DNA from: a virus
Taxonomy: Duplodnaviria > Caudoviricetes
Direction: 5' to 3' (one strand)
DNA: 62,070 nucleotides
IMG/VR virus record: IMGVR_UViG_3300034063_001003
Span: 1-62,070 of that record
This document shows positions 1 to 8,829 of the stretch, one piece after another. Positions within the stretch are counted from its first letter, which is position 1. Every line of letters starts with the position of its first letter. The notes beneath the pieces are model-generated. The model worked only from the letters and a program-made list of their open reading frames with translations. It did not search any database and had not been told where the DNA came from. Both the position numbers and the translations under genes were made by a program.

Positions 1-11
1 GGAGACTCAGT

Positions 12-137
12 AGACGAGCTTTGCGTTCGTCTACTGAGTCTCCTGGGCCAGCAAGGCTATCCTGCTGAGCAGGCACAGAAGATCGAACCCCAGACCCTCA
101 AGGCCTGGGTGAAAGAGCGTGTCGAGAAGGGTGACCA
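12..137. repeat. 126-bp direct terminal overlap, copy 1 (circular or circularly permuted complete genome)
   Basis: 12-137 is identical to 61945-62070 (agacgagctttgcg...gggtgacca). Confidence 0.95.
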
Positions 138-214
138 AGTCGACACAGAGCTGTTTGGCGTGTACATCGGCCAAAAAGCAACCATCAAGACCAAGTGAAC
201 CAAGGAAATTTATC

Positions 215-988
215 ATGGCAAAGAACGAGATCGCGGAACAAAAGGCCAGCACCGCACTGGCAATCATGAGCGACCTGGAGCAGGACGCTGGCGCCGGCTT
301 TGACGGCATGACGCAGGACGACTATGCACTGCCGTTCCTGCGGCTGCTGACCAGCACCAGCCCTGAGGTGGGGGAAGTGGACGGCGCGCTGCCGGGCATG
401 ATCCTCAACTCTGTGACCGGCGAGCTCTACGACGGCAAGAAGGGCATCACCGTTGTGCCGTGCGCCTACGTGCGCCAGTACATTGAGTGGGCACCCCGCG
501 GCCAGGGCAGCGGTGCACCCGTGCACATCTACCCCGCAACCAGCGACATCCTCGCGCAGACTCACAAGGAGCCTGGCGACAACAAGGACTACCTGGACAA
601 CGGGAACTACATCGAGAACACGGCCAACTACTACGTCATGCTGGTGGGCGCCAATGGCGTGCCGGAGCCGGCGCTCATCACCATGAAGTCCACGCAGCTC
701 AAGAAGAGCCGCAAGTGGAACTCCATGATGCAGTCGGTGAAGATGTCGGGCAAGAACGGCCTCTTCACGCCGCCGATGTACAGCCAGATGTACATGCTGA
801 CCACCGTGGCCGAGTCCAACGACAAGGGCAAGTGGTTTGGATGGGAGATTCAGCGCATTGGCGACGTAGGCAGCGCGGACATCTACAACGCAGCCAAGTC
901 GTTCGCGCAGTCAGTCGGCGCGGGTGATGTCAAGGTCAAGCACGAGAGTGAGTCGGGCGCCACGAGCAACGGGCCAGCTCCATTCTGA
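215..988 (+). CDS. Putative phage ssDNA-binding protein
   Basis: ATG at 215 after AAGGA; lies in the replication module; PFLRLL..SPE and ITMKSTQLKKSRKWNS motifs typical of this phage SSB-like family; C-terminal ...APF. Confidence 0.6.
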   Translation: MAKNEIAEQKASTALAIMSDLEQDAGAGFDGMTQDDYALPFLRLLTSTSPEVGEVDGALPGMILNSVTGELYDGKKGITVVPCAYVRQYIEWAPRGQGSGAPVHIYPATSDILAQTHKEPGDNKDYLDNGNYIENTANYYVMLVGANGVPEPALITMKSTQLKKSRKWNSMMQSVKMSGKNGLFTPPMYSQMYMLTTVAESNDKGKWFGWEIQRIGDVGSADIYNAAKSFAQSVGAGDVKVKHESESGATSNGPAPF

Positions 989-992
989 TTTT

Positions 993-1087
993 GGGGCCGA
1001 AAGTGGCTGGGTCACTGATAGTTGAGTCATCCTGGGTAGCTCCCAGGAGGCAACACACGGGTACCCGCCTGGCCATGAGTAGGCCCC
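993..1087 (+). ncRNA. Candidate structured intergenic RNA (multibranch, loop-E-like GAAA/GAGUA internal loop)
   Basis: GGGGCC 993-998 pairs with GGCCCC 1082-1087; 1003-1011 with 1068-1076; inner TCCTGGG 1030-1036 with CCCAGGA 1042-1048. Confidence 0.5.
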
Positions 1088-1106
1088 TCCTCACAAGAAA
1101 GAAGAA

Positions 1107-2639
1107 ATGACTGACATCACCAGGTTCAAGGCGATCTTCTCCGGCCTGGACATCGCCTATGGAACATACAAAATCGAGTCCTCACGAGGGGACGGAAAGC
1201 AGGCAGGCAAGGCCGTCGTGGTGCGCAAGCCACCGACTGACGACCTCTGGTCCAAACACCTCGAAGGCGTTGAGCCGAGTCTGGGGATTATTCCGATCAG
1301 GGCGGATAACACGTGCATCTGGGGCTGTATTGACATTGACCAGTATCCACTGGACCACGCCGGGCTCATAAAGAAAATCCGCAGCCTGGACCTGCCCATG
1401 GTGGTGTGCCGCAGCAAGTCCGGCGGCGCTCACGTCTTCCTCTTCATCAAGGACCCCATCCCCGCCTCGGAGATGCAGCGGTTCCTCAAGGCTGCAGCGG
1501 CGCTGCTGGGTGAAGCAGGGCGCGAGATATTCCCCAAGCAGTCAGAGATTCTGGTCGACCGCGGCGACACCGGCAACTTCTTGAACCTGCCCTACTTCGG
1601 CAGCGACCAGACCATGCGCTACGCCATCAAGGACGATGGCACAGCAGCAACCCTTGAAGAGTTCTACGGCCTTTACGACCAATGGGTCCAGCCCACAGAC
1701 CTTCAGTTTCCCGAGCAGCCCAAGCAGGCTGACCACCCAATCAAAGACGGCCCTCCGTGCCTGCAAGCATTGTGCGCGCAGGGCGTACCAGAGGGCACAC
1801 GCAACAACGCGCTCTTCAACATTGGCATCTACCTCAAGAAGGTGCACCCAGTGAACTGGGACAATGCCCTGTCCGAGCACAACTTCAAGTACGTGGCGCC
1901 TCCGCTGCCCAACAACGAGCTGCAGGTCATCATCAAGCAGCTCCACAAGAAGGACTACCGCTACAAGTGCAAGGACGCGCCGCTCAACAGCTTTTGCAAC
2001 AGCGGCCTGTGCAGGACACGCAAGCATGGGATCGGGGCCCACGGGCCAGACGCCCCGCAGATGTCTTCACTGTCCAAGTACAACAGCGACCCGCCCCTGT
2101 GGTTCCTCGACATCAACGGCAAGCGCATCGAGCTCGACACCGAGAGCCTGTTTGCCCAGGCAGCCTTTCAGAAGGCCTGCGTTGAGAAGATTAACCTGCT
2201 GCCGCCCACACTGCGCAAGCAAGACTGGGAGCAGCTCCTCAACGCGTTGCTCAAGGAGATGGTCGAGACTGAGCAGATCACCGAGGCCAGTGAAGACACC
2301 AGCATCACCGGCCGCTTCAACGACCTACTTGAAGAGTTCTGCACCCACCTGCAACAGGCCATGGACCGCGATGAGATTCTCATGGGCCGGCCGTGGACGG
2401 ACGACGAAGAGGCCAAGACTTACTTCCGCATGAAGGACCTCGAAGCGCACCTGGTGCGCAACAACTTCAAGGGCATGACTGCGCCCAAGATGGCCCAGCG
2501 CATCCGCGACCTCGGGGGCGAACCCATAAGCCTCTTCTTGAAGAACAGAGCGGCGCGCTGTTGGCGCATCCCGCGCTTTGACCGGCAAGACGCCCCATTC
2601 GCAACGCCCGAGCAACGCACCCAGAGGAGCCCATTCTGA
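1107..2639 (+). CDS. AEP-type primase (prim-pol) with PriCT-like domain
   Basis: WGCIDID and RSKSGGAHVF catalytic motifs; PPCL...GTRNNALFNIG PriCT-like region. Confidence 0.8.
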   Translation: MTDITRFKAIFSGLDIAYGTYKIESSRGDGKQAGKAVVVRKPPTDDLWSKHLEGVEPSLGIIPIRADNTCIWGCIDIDQYPLDHAGLIKKIRSLDLPMVVCRSKSGGAHVFLFIKDPIPASEMQRFLKAAAALLGEAGREIFPKQSEILVDRGDTGNFLNLPYFGSDQTMRYAIKDDGTAATLEEFYGLYDQWVQPTDLQFPEQPKQADHPIKDGPPCLQALCAQGVPEGTRNNALFNIGIYLKKVHPVNWDNALSEHNFKYVAPPLPNNELQVIIKQLHKKDYRYKCKDAPLNSFCNSGLCRTRKHGIGAHGPDAPQMSSLSKYNSDPPLWFLDINGKRIELDTESLFAQAAFQKACVEKINLLPPTLRKQDWEQLLNALLKEMVETEQITEASEDTSITGRFNDLLEEFCTHLQQAMDRDEILMGRPWTDDEEAKTYFRMKDLEAHLVRNNFKGMTAPKMAQRIRDLGGEPISLFLKNRAARCWRIPRFDRQDAPFATPEQRTQRSPF

Positions 2640-2875
2640 TGCTCAAGATCGACGGACACGACAACGCCATCATCGGGCCTGCAATGGTCTGGCGGGACAA
2701 GGGACTGTGCAGCGCACTGGTGTACGACGCCGAGCAGATCAGGGAGAACCTGATCAAGCAGGGCATGACGCACGAAGAAGCACGCGAGTTCATCGAGTTC
2801 AACATCGAAGGCGCCTACGTGGGCGAGCACACGCCGGTGTTGGTGTGGCCAGCGGACGAGTGGGAGGAAGAATGA
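2639..2875 (+). CDS. Small conserved phage hypothetical protein
   Basis: Translationally coupled; DGHDNAIIG...EEAREFIEFNIEGAYVGEHTP motif is common in phages. Confidence 0.7.
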   Translation: MLKIDGHDNAIIGPAMVWRDKGLCSALVYDAEQIRENLIKQGMTHEEAREFIEFNIEGAYVGEHTPVLVWPADEWEEE

Positions 2876-4371
2876 ACATCACCAAAGTTTTCGGCCCACC
2901 CGGCAGCGGCAAGACGACGTTCTTGTTGGGCATCGTAGAGACAGAGCTGGGCCGCTCAGTGCACCCGAGCCAGATCGGCTACTTTGCCTTCACCAAGAAG
3001 GCGGCCACCGAAGCGCGCGACAGGGCCATCCAGAAGTTCCCGCACCTGAACCCCGACACGGACTTCCCATGGTTTCGAACGCTGCACAGCCTGGCGTACC
3101 GGTGCCTTGCCATCAGCACCAAGGACATGATGGCGCCTGAGCACTACAGGGAGTTCGCCCTGGAGGCCGGCATTGAGCTTGCCATCGAGAGCGGCGAGGA
3201 AGAGTTTGCCGTGAAGGCGGACAACCCCATCCTCAACGAGATCAACATCGCACGGATCAAGGGCCTGGACCTGCGCACTCACTACAACCAGTCGCAGATG
3301 GAGATCGAGTGGTTTCACTTCGAGTACGTCGAGCGCGCCTATCGCCACTACAAGACCAGCCGCAACCTGCTGGACTTCACCGACCTGCTGGAGCAGGCTT
3401 GCCAGTTCCCCGAGCGCCTGCCGCGCCTGGAGTCCCTGATCATTGACGAGGCGCAGGACCTCTCGCGTTTGCAATGGAGGCTGGTCGAGCAGTTGGCACT
3501 GCGCGCCCAGCGCTGCTTTCTGGCAGGCGACGACGATCAGGCCGTCTACACCTGGGCCGGAGCAGACGTCGACAGCTTCCTGAACTTCGAGGGCCAGATC
3601 AAGGTCCTCGACCAGTCCTACCGCGTCCCGGCCAAGGTGCACGCCCTGGCCGACCGCGTGGTGCACCGCATCCGCAAGCGCCAGCCCAAGGTCTGGAAGG
3701 CCCGCGAGGAGGCGGGCAGCGTCCACTACTACAACGACTTCCAGCAGGTCGACATCACCGCCGGCAACTGGCTCATCCTGGCCAGCACCAATTACATGCT
3801 CACCGACATGCACGACTGGATCAAGAGCCAGGGCTTGCTGTTCGAGCGCCACGGCCAACGCAGCGTCAGCGAAGCAGTGCTCACCGCGGTGCTGGGCTGG
3901 GAGAAGCTGCGCAAGGGCGGGGAGGTGCCCTACCCGGTCGTCAAGCACGTCTACAAGTACCTCGACAGCAGCTGCATCAAGCACGGCCACAAGATGCTGC
4001 GCACGGCCGACACGACCGCCAGCTACACGCTCGATCTGTTGAAAGAAAAGCATGGGCTTCTTTCCACAGAAATCTGGCACAAGGCGCTGACCAAGATCAG
4101 CGAAGAGAGGCGCGACTACCTGATCTCGCTCTTGCGTCGCAACACACGGCTCACGGGCCACGTGCCAATCAAGCTGTCCACGATCCACGGCGCCAAGGGC
4201 GGGGAGGCGGACAACGTCCTGCTGCTCACGGACCTGTCGACTAGGTTTGCCAAGGACTACGACAAGAACTCCGACGACATTAACCGGCTGCTGTACGTGG
4301 GCATCACCCGCGCCAAGCAGACACTGCATGTTGTCCTACCCAAGAACGAGCAAAAAGGATTTCGACTATGA
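2872..4371 (+). CDS. UvrD/Rep-like superfamily 1 DNA helicase
   Basis: GPPGSGKTT Walker A, IIDEAQD, GDDDQAVY, QSYR, STIHGAKGGEAD, YVGITRAK; start at ATG 2872. Confidence 0.92.
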   Translation: MNITKVFGPPGSGKTTFLLGIVETELGRSVHPSQIGYFAFTKKAATEARDRAIQKFPHLNPDTDFPWFRTLHSLAYRCLAISTKDMMAPEHYREFALEAGIELAIESGEEEFAVKADNPILNEINIARIKGLDLRTHYNQSQMEIEWFHFEYVERAYRHYKTSRNLLDFTDLLEQACQFPERLPRLESLIIDEAQDLSRLQWRLVEQLALRAQRCFLAGDDDQAVYTWAGADVDSFLNFEGQIKVLDQSYRVPAKVHALADRVVHRIRKRQPKVWKAREEAGSVHYYNDFQQVDITAGNWLILASTNYMLTDMHDWIKSQGLLFERHGQRSVSEAVLTAVLGWEKLRKGGEVPYPVVKHVYKYLDSSCIKHGHKMLRTADTTASYTLDLLKEKHGLLSTEIWHKALTKISEERRDYLISLLRRNTRLTGHVPIKLSTIHGAKGGEADNVLLLTDLSTRFAKDYDKNSDDINRLLYVGITRAKQTLHVVLPKNEQKGFRL

Positions 4372-6245
4372 AACGCGACACCAAGACCATGTCCATGTTC
4401 CCCCGGATTTCCGAGTGGGTGCCCCCTCAATCATTCCCCAACCTGAGCGAAGCCAAGGAGATTGCAATTGACCTCGAAACGTGTGATCCCAACATGGAAT
4501 CAATGGGCCCTGGCTGGCCTCGCAACGACGGTTACATTGTGGGCTACGCTGTGGCCGTCGACGGTTGGGCAGGCTATTTTCCTGTTGCTCATGGCGGTGG
4601 CGGTAACCTTGATCGCCGGATTGTTGATCGCTGGGTGCGAGATGTACTCGCAACGCCAGCAGACAAGATCATGCACAACGCAGCCTACGACCTCGGCTGG
4701 CTCAAAGCCTCCGGCTTCGAGGTGAATGGCACGATCTATGACACCATGCTGGCAGCGCCGCTGCTCGACGAGAACCGGTTCAGCTACGCCTTGAACAGCC
4801 TGGGCTTTGACTACCTCAAGGAGATCAAGAGCGAGCAAGGCTTGAAGGAGGCGGCGCAGGACTTCGGCGTGCACGCCAAGAAGGAGTTGTGGAAGCTGCC
4901 GGCCATGCACGTGGGCGAGTACGCGGAGCAGGACGCGGCCCTCACGCTCAAGCTCTGGCACCATTTCAAGGCGCTGATGCGCAACGACGAGGTCGAGTCG
5001 ATCTTCCAGCTTGAAACAGAGGTGCTGCCGGTGCTGGTGGACATCACGCTCAAGGGCATCCGCTTCAATCGCGCCGAGTGCGAGGCCAAGATGGAAGAGA
5101 TGCGGACCAAGGAGCAGGACATCCTGAAGTACATCAAGAACCAGGCCGGCGTGAAGGTGGACATCTGGGCCGCGGCCAGCGTCGCCCATGCTTTTGACAA
5201 GCTGGGCATCCAGTACCCACGCACCGCCCAGGGCGCGCCGAGCTTTACCAAGAGCTTCCTGGACACGCACGAGCACCCCATGGCCAAGATGATCGTGGAG
5301 GCCCGGGAGCTCAACAAGACCCACGGCACGTTCCTGGAGCCCTACTTGCGCCACAGCGCCAAGGACGGGCGCATTCACACCCACTTCAACCAGATGCGCA
5401 ACGAGGACGGCGGCACGGTCACCGGGCGCCTGTCGGCGGCCAACCCCAACCTGCAGCAGGTGCCGGCCAGGCATGAGGTGATCGGACCGCTGGTGCGGGG
5501 CTTGTTCCTGCCGGAGGAGGGCCAGCTTTGGGCGGCAAACGACTTCTCCTCGCAGGAACCGCGCTTGCTGGTGCACTATGCCACACTTCTGGGCCTGCCG
5601 GGTGCTGAGAAGATGGCGCAGGCCTACCGCGACAACCCAGATACCGACTTCCACCAGATGGTCGCGGACATGGCCAGCATCAAGCGCAAGGCGGCCAAGA
5701 CGATCGGCCTGGGGCTGATGTACGGCATGGGCAAGCCCAAGCTGGCGGGTAGCCTGGACTTGCCGTTGGACGAGGCCAGCGAGCTGATCGCCACCTTCCA
5801 CAGCAAGGTCCCCTTCCTCAAGGGCACCGTGGACGCGGTGATGAAGCGCATCGAGCACCCGGCCTCGGGCGGCGCGATCCGCACGCTGCTGGGCCGCAAA
5901 TGCCGCTTCCCGTTGTGGGAGCCAGTGGAGTGGGGCGTCAACAAGGCGCTGCCGCGCGAGCAGGCAGTCATTGAATACGGCTCACGGATCAAGCGCGCCG
6001 GCACCTACAAGGGCCTGAACAGGCTCATCCAGGGCTCGGCCGCCGACCAGACCAAGGCGGGCATGGTGGCGCTGGCCAAGGCCGGCTTTGACATCCGCCT
6101 GCAAGTGCACGACGAGATCGCCCTGTCGGTCAAGAGCGTTGAGGAGGCCCGCGAGGCTGCAGACATCATGGCCAAGGCCGTGAAGCTGGAAGTGCCCAGC
6201 CGAGTGGACGTTGAGACTGGACCGAGCTGGGGGGCCGCGGCATAA
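4368..6245 (+). CDS. polA: Family A DNA polymerase with 3'-5' exonuclease
   Basis: IDLET, HNAAYD, YAEQDA exonuclease motifs; TGRLS..NPNLQQVP, DFSSQEPR, KTIGLGLMYG, IQGSAAD, QVHDEI polymerase motifs. Confidence 0.95.
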   Translation: MKRDTKTMSMFPRISEWVPPQSFPNLSEAKEIAIDLETCDPNMESMGPGWPRNDGYIVGYAVAVDGWAGYFPVAHGGGGNLDRRIVDRWVRDVLATPADKIMHNAAYDLGWLKASGFEVNGTIYDTMLAAPLLDENRFSYALNSLGFDYLKEIKSEQGLKEAAQDFGVHAKKELWKLPAMHVGEYAEQDAALTLKLWHHFKALMRNDEVESIFQLETEVLPVLVDITLKGIRFNRAECEAKMEEMRTKEQDILKYIKNQAGVKVDIWAAASVAHAFDKLGIQYPRTAQGAPSFTKSFLDTHEHPMAKMIVEARELNKTHGTFLEPYLRHSAKDGRIHTHFNQMRNEDGGTVTGRLSAANPNLQQVPARHEVIGPLVRGLFLPEEGQLWAANDFSSQEPRLLVHYATLLGLPGAEKMAQAYRDNPDTDFHQMVADMASIKRKAAKTIGLGLMYGMGKPKLAGSLDLPLDEASELIATFHSKVPFLKGTVDAVMKRIEHPASGGAIRTLLGRKCRFPLWEPVEWGVNKALPREQAVIEYGSRIKRAGTYKGLNRLIQGSAADQTKAGMVALAKAGFDIRLQVHDEIALSVKSVEEAREAADIMAKAVKLEVPSRVDVETGPSWGAAA

Positions 6246-6293
6246 TTCCCTCAGGGCTTCTTGCAGTTGCCCTTTGGGGGAAGTCTCCAACTT

Positions 6294-6321
6294 GGCCAGG
6301 CCGCGTGCCTGGCCTCTTTTT
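6294..6321 (+). terminator. Intrinsic terminator after polA
   Basis: GGCCAGGC-cgcgt-GCCTGGCC followed by TCTTTTT. Confidence 0.7.
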
Positions 6322-6338
6322 CCACAGAAAGGAGAATC

Positions 6339-6716
6339 ATGCCTACATGGGTTAAGAACAGAGTGGTTCCGGCCTATCCGGAGCCTTACGTGCGCAAGCG
6401 CAAGAGAGGCAGGCCGAAGAAGAACGGCCGCCCAAAGAAGGACCGCTGGCAGGAGATGCGCGCGTCGCCCTCCAAGCGCACCGGCAGCCGCTTCCGTACC
6501 GTGTCCATGCCTGAAGAAGCGTACTTCATGCTCGACGAGATGAGCCTGTTTTACAAGTCCCCGAAGAGCGGACTATTGGCCAAGCTGGTAGAGGCTGCAT
6601 TCGAGAAGGCACACAAAGAGTCACTCACCCTTCAACGTATCAACGAGAACAGAAAGAAAGAGGTCCCCAATGAAGCATCAGACGGAGATATCCCTGCCCG
6701 TAGAACTCACTTTTGA
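6339..6716 (+). CDS. Basic DNA-binding protein with AT-hook-like motifs
   Basis: ATG 6339 after AGAAAGGAG; KRGRPKK..GRPKK. Confidence 0.65.
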   Translation: MPTWVKNRVVPAYPEPYVRKRKRGRPKKNGRPKKDRWQEMRASPSKRTGSRFRTVSMPEEAYFMLDEMSLFYKSPKSGLLAKLVEAAFEKAHKESLTLQRINENRKKEVPNEASDGDIPARRTHF

Positions 6717-6894
6717 GGTCTGGGAAGAGATCAGACTTACAGGCATAGAAATGCCTGCGGAGCTACACTTAAAACGCGTCATGCTGCCGGTGATTGGGCC
6801 GAGCAACAAGCTGCGCTACATCGACATCACCAACAGCATCTCCGAGGCCCAGAAGCTGCTCTGGGAGGAGGAGTTTCTTGAGTCCCAGTCATGA
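6670..6894 (+). CDS. Hypothetical protein
   Basis: ORF with GGAGG RBS, in an overlapping gene chain. Confidence 0.55.
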   Translation: MKHQTEISLPVELTFEVWEEIRLTGIEMPAELHLKRVMLPVIGPSNKLRYIDITNSISEAQKLLWEEEFLESQS

Positions 6895-7067
6895 AGCTAT
6901 CTGATATCCTGCGCGACCTGGCCAAGTACCCAAGCCACTCCCTTATCAGACCGTACCTTCAAGCCGCGGCAGACAAGATTGACGAGAGCCATTTGTGGCG
7001 TGAAGCGTGGCTGAGAGCAGAAAAAAGAGTTGAGGAGTTGACAAAAGAATTGGAGTCGCTAAGATAG
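6891..7067 (+). CDS. Hypothetical protein, 58 aa (not in ORF track)
   Basis: ATGA overlap with upstream stop; MKLSDILRDL...KELESLR. Confidence 0.55.
   Translation: MKLSDILRDLAKYPSHSLIRPYLQAAADKIDESHLWREAWLRAEKRVEELTKELESLR
7038..7065 (+). promoter_or_regulatory. Sigma70-like promoter
   Basis: TTGACA-N16-TAAGAT upstream of an AGAAAGGAGAAAG RBS. Confidence 0.55.
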
Positions 7068-7096
7068 CGTTTCCACGAACAGAAAGGAGAAAGAAG

Positions 7097-7240
7097 ATGA
7101 GCCCTAAGTTACAGCCCTGGCCCTGGCCATTCCCTCAGTGGGATGGCACTCGTTGGGTCATGCCTGCTGAGCAGGCACCTGAAGAATTCTTGAAGCGCCC
7201 CGATGCGCCTGTCGAAGAACTTGAGGAGGCACCGTTTTGA
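7097..7240 (+). CDS. 47-aa Pro/Trp-rich peptide ending in EELEEAPF (not in ORF track)
   Basis: Strong RBS and promoter upstream; stop overlaps the next start. Confidence 0.6.
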   Translation: MSPKLQPWPWPFPQWDGTRWVMPAEQAPEEFLKRPDAPVEELEEAPF

Positions 7241-7476
7241 ACCCCGATGTCTTTAAAGCCCTAGCTGCCAGTGGGCGTTACTACAACACCGGCAAAGTAC
7301 TCATTGGCCTGCAATACAACAAGCCTCTCCCGCAGCTCAACAGCGACGAGGAGCTCGTGCAAGCAGGACTGCTGGGCATCCCCAAGAAGCGCCCCTTGGC
7401 CACCTTTTCCCTCTGCTTGGTGTATGGACTTGCCGTCTTTGCGGCCGGCTCGTACGTCGCCAAGCTTCTTGCCTGA
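7237..7476 (+). CDS. Small membrane protein
   Basis: C-terminal hydrophobic helix; YNTGKVLIG motif. Confidence 0.6.
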   Translation: MNPDVFKALAASGRYYNTGKVLIGLQYNKPLPQLNSDEELVQAGLLGIPKKRPLATFSLCLVYGLAVFAAGSYVAKLLA

Positions 7477-7502
7477 CCTCCAACCATTTAAGGAGAACCC
7501 CC

Positions 7503-8000
7503 GTGAAAACTGCAAAAGCAAAATCCAAAACCGCCCAGGTCCGCGAGTTCCTGGCCAAGAACCCCAACGCCAAGGCCAAGGACGTGGCCACGAAGTTTGG
7601 CGTCTCAGCGCCCGTGGTCTACGTAGTGCTCAGGCACATCAAGGAGCAAGCCGAAAAGATCGCCCAAGAGGGGGCGGCACAGGTGCAGCAAGAAGAGGTG
7701 TCGACCACGCTGACCGTCCACGAGGGCGGAGGCATCGTCGCGATACTCACGGAGCGCGGCGACCGCTACGGTAAGTTTTCTGGCCACGCCAAGATCACGC
7801 AGGACATCAAGCGTGCGATGTCAGAGCATGCCCGTCTGCACAACAAGACCTTCACCGATAGCCAGTGGGAGTCATTGGAGATGATCGCCCACAAGATCGG
7901 CCGCATCGTCAACGGCGACCCGGATCACGTCGATAGCTGGGTTGACATTGCTGGCTACGCCCAACTGGTTGCCGACGAGTTGCAAGGAGTGGAGCGATGA
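7503..8000 (+). CDS. HTH plus DUF6378-like domain protein
   Basis: N-terminal AKDVATKFGVSAPVVY HTH; ILTERGDRYGKF...KIGRIVNGDPDHVDSWVDIAGY. Confidence 0.7.
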   Translation: MKTAKAKSKTAQVREFLAKNPNAKAKDVATKFGVSAPVVYVVLRHIKEQAEKIAQEGAAQVQQEEVSTTLTVHEGGGIVAILTERGDRYGKFSGHAKITQDIKRAMSEHARLHNKTFTDSQWESLEMIAHKIGRIVNGDPDHVDSWVDIAGYAQLVADELQGVER

Positions 8001-8164
8001 GCGAACTTCTTCCTATCGTAGGCATCATCTGGGTTGCCGCTGCGTGGCTCACGCATGTGGTCACCTGCTTGAGCGCGGCCAAGTGGGGCTTCCTCATTGC
8101 AGGGGCCATCTTCTTTCCGGTCGGGTGCGTGCACGGCACAGGCATTTGGTTTGGGGTGTTCTGA
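7997..8164 (+). CDS. Small two-TM membrane protein (not in ORF track)
   Basis: MSELLPIVGIIWVAAAWLTHVVTC...GIWFGVF; coupled start and stop. Confidence 0.6.
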   Translation: MSELLPIVGIIWVAAAWLTHVVTCLSAAKWGFLIAGAIFFPVGCVHGTGIWFGVF

Positions 8165-8541
8165 TGAAGAAAACGCTTCTCATTGCACTTGCGGCCGCCG
8201 CTCTTGCTGGCTGCCAGTCTGACGCTGACGTGGCATCACGCAACGTGTCAAAGGCAGCGGACAACTTTGAAGTTGCCCGCCGCGTGATCTTCTACAACGG
8301 CATCACGAACGACTACATGCTGTCCATTGAAGGCTACTGCAGCCTGGGCAACAACGACAAAGCAGGCTTCTTGTCTGTGACGTGCAGGACCGGGCCTGGC
8401 GCGTTCAAGAAGCACTTCTTGGGGCTGTCCGACAACGTCACGTTCTTCGTTGAGCAGATCGATGCGAAGAACGTCAGCACGTCGTTTTACCGAGTGGTGT
8501 TCAAGCCCTCGGTCATTGTCCCTGACATTGAGATCAGGTAA
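8164..8541 (+). CDS. Conserved phage lipoprotein
   Basis: Signal peptide with LAGC lipobox; ADNFEVARRVIFYNGIT motif. Confidence 0.75.
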   Translation: MKKTLLIALAAAALAGCQSDADVASRNVSKAADNFEVARRVIFYNGITNDYMLSIEGYCSLGNNDKAGFLSVTCRTGPGAFKKHFLGLSDNVTFFVEQIDAKNVSTSFYRVVFKPSVIVPDIEIR

Positions 8542-8628
8542 GAGAAAGCCGTGGTGTAGGGAAAACACCTAGATTAACTTTTGCTGTGATTAGTAAAATC
8601 ACTACGCCAACTTAGAAAGGAGAAAGGC

Positions 8629-8829
8629 ATGAGCAAGAACTTCAACCTCAACATCCATCACGTCACCTCGATCAGCATCGGCTCCATCAAGGAGACGCTC
8701 AGCTATGGTGGCGTGAGCGCCACTCGTGAGCTGGTGATCGAGACGCCTGAAGGCACCATCGAAATCACCCTGTTCTCGCAGCACGTCAGCGAGGACTCGG
8801 ACGAGAAGCTGCTGGAGGTGCGACTGTGA
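8629..8829 (+). CDS. Hypothetical protein
   Basis: AGAAAGGAGAAAG RBS; AT-rich promoter-like region upstream. Confidence 0.65.
   Translation: MSKNFNLNIHHVTSISIGSIKETLSYGGVSATRELVIETPEGTIEITLFSQHVSEDSDEKLLEVRL

Noticed and set aside
1-43. Protelomerase-type hairpin telomere
   Set aside because: It lies inside an ORF that continues across the circular overlap, and no protelomerase gene is recognisable; most likely a chimeric read end.
2956-5858. Long minus-strand ORFs (2956-4329, 4500-5858) and similar ones at 26547, 51071, 53990 and 59730(+)
   Set aside because: Antisense shadows of well-supported genes, expected from GC-rich codon bias; no motifs or RBS.
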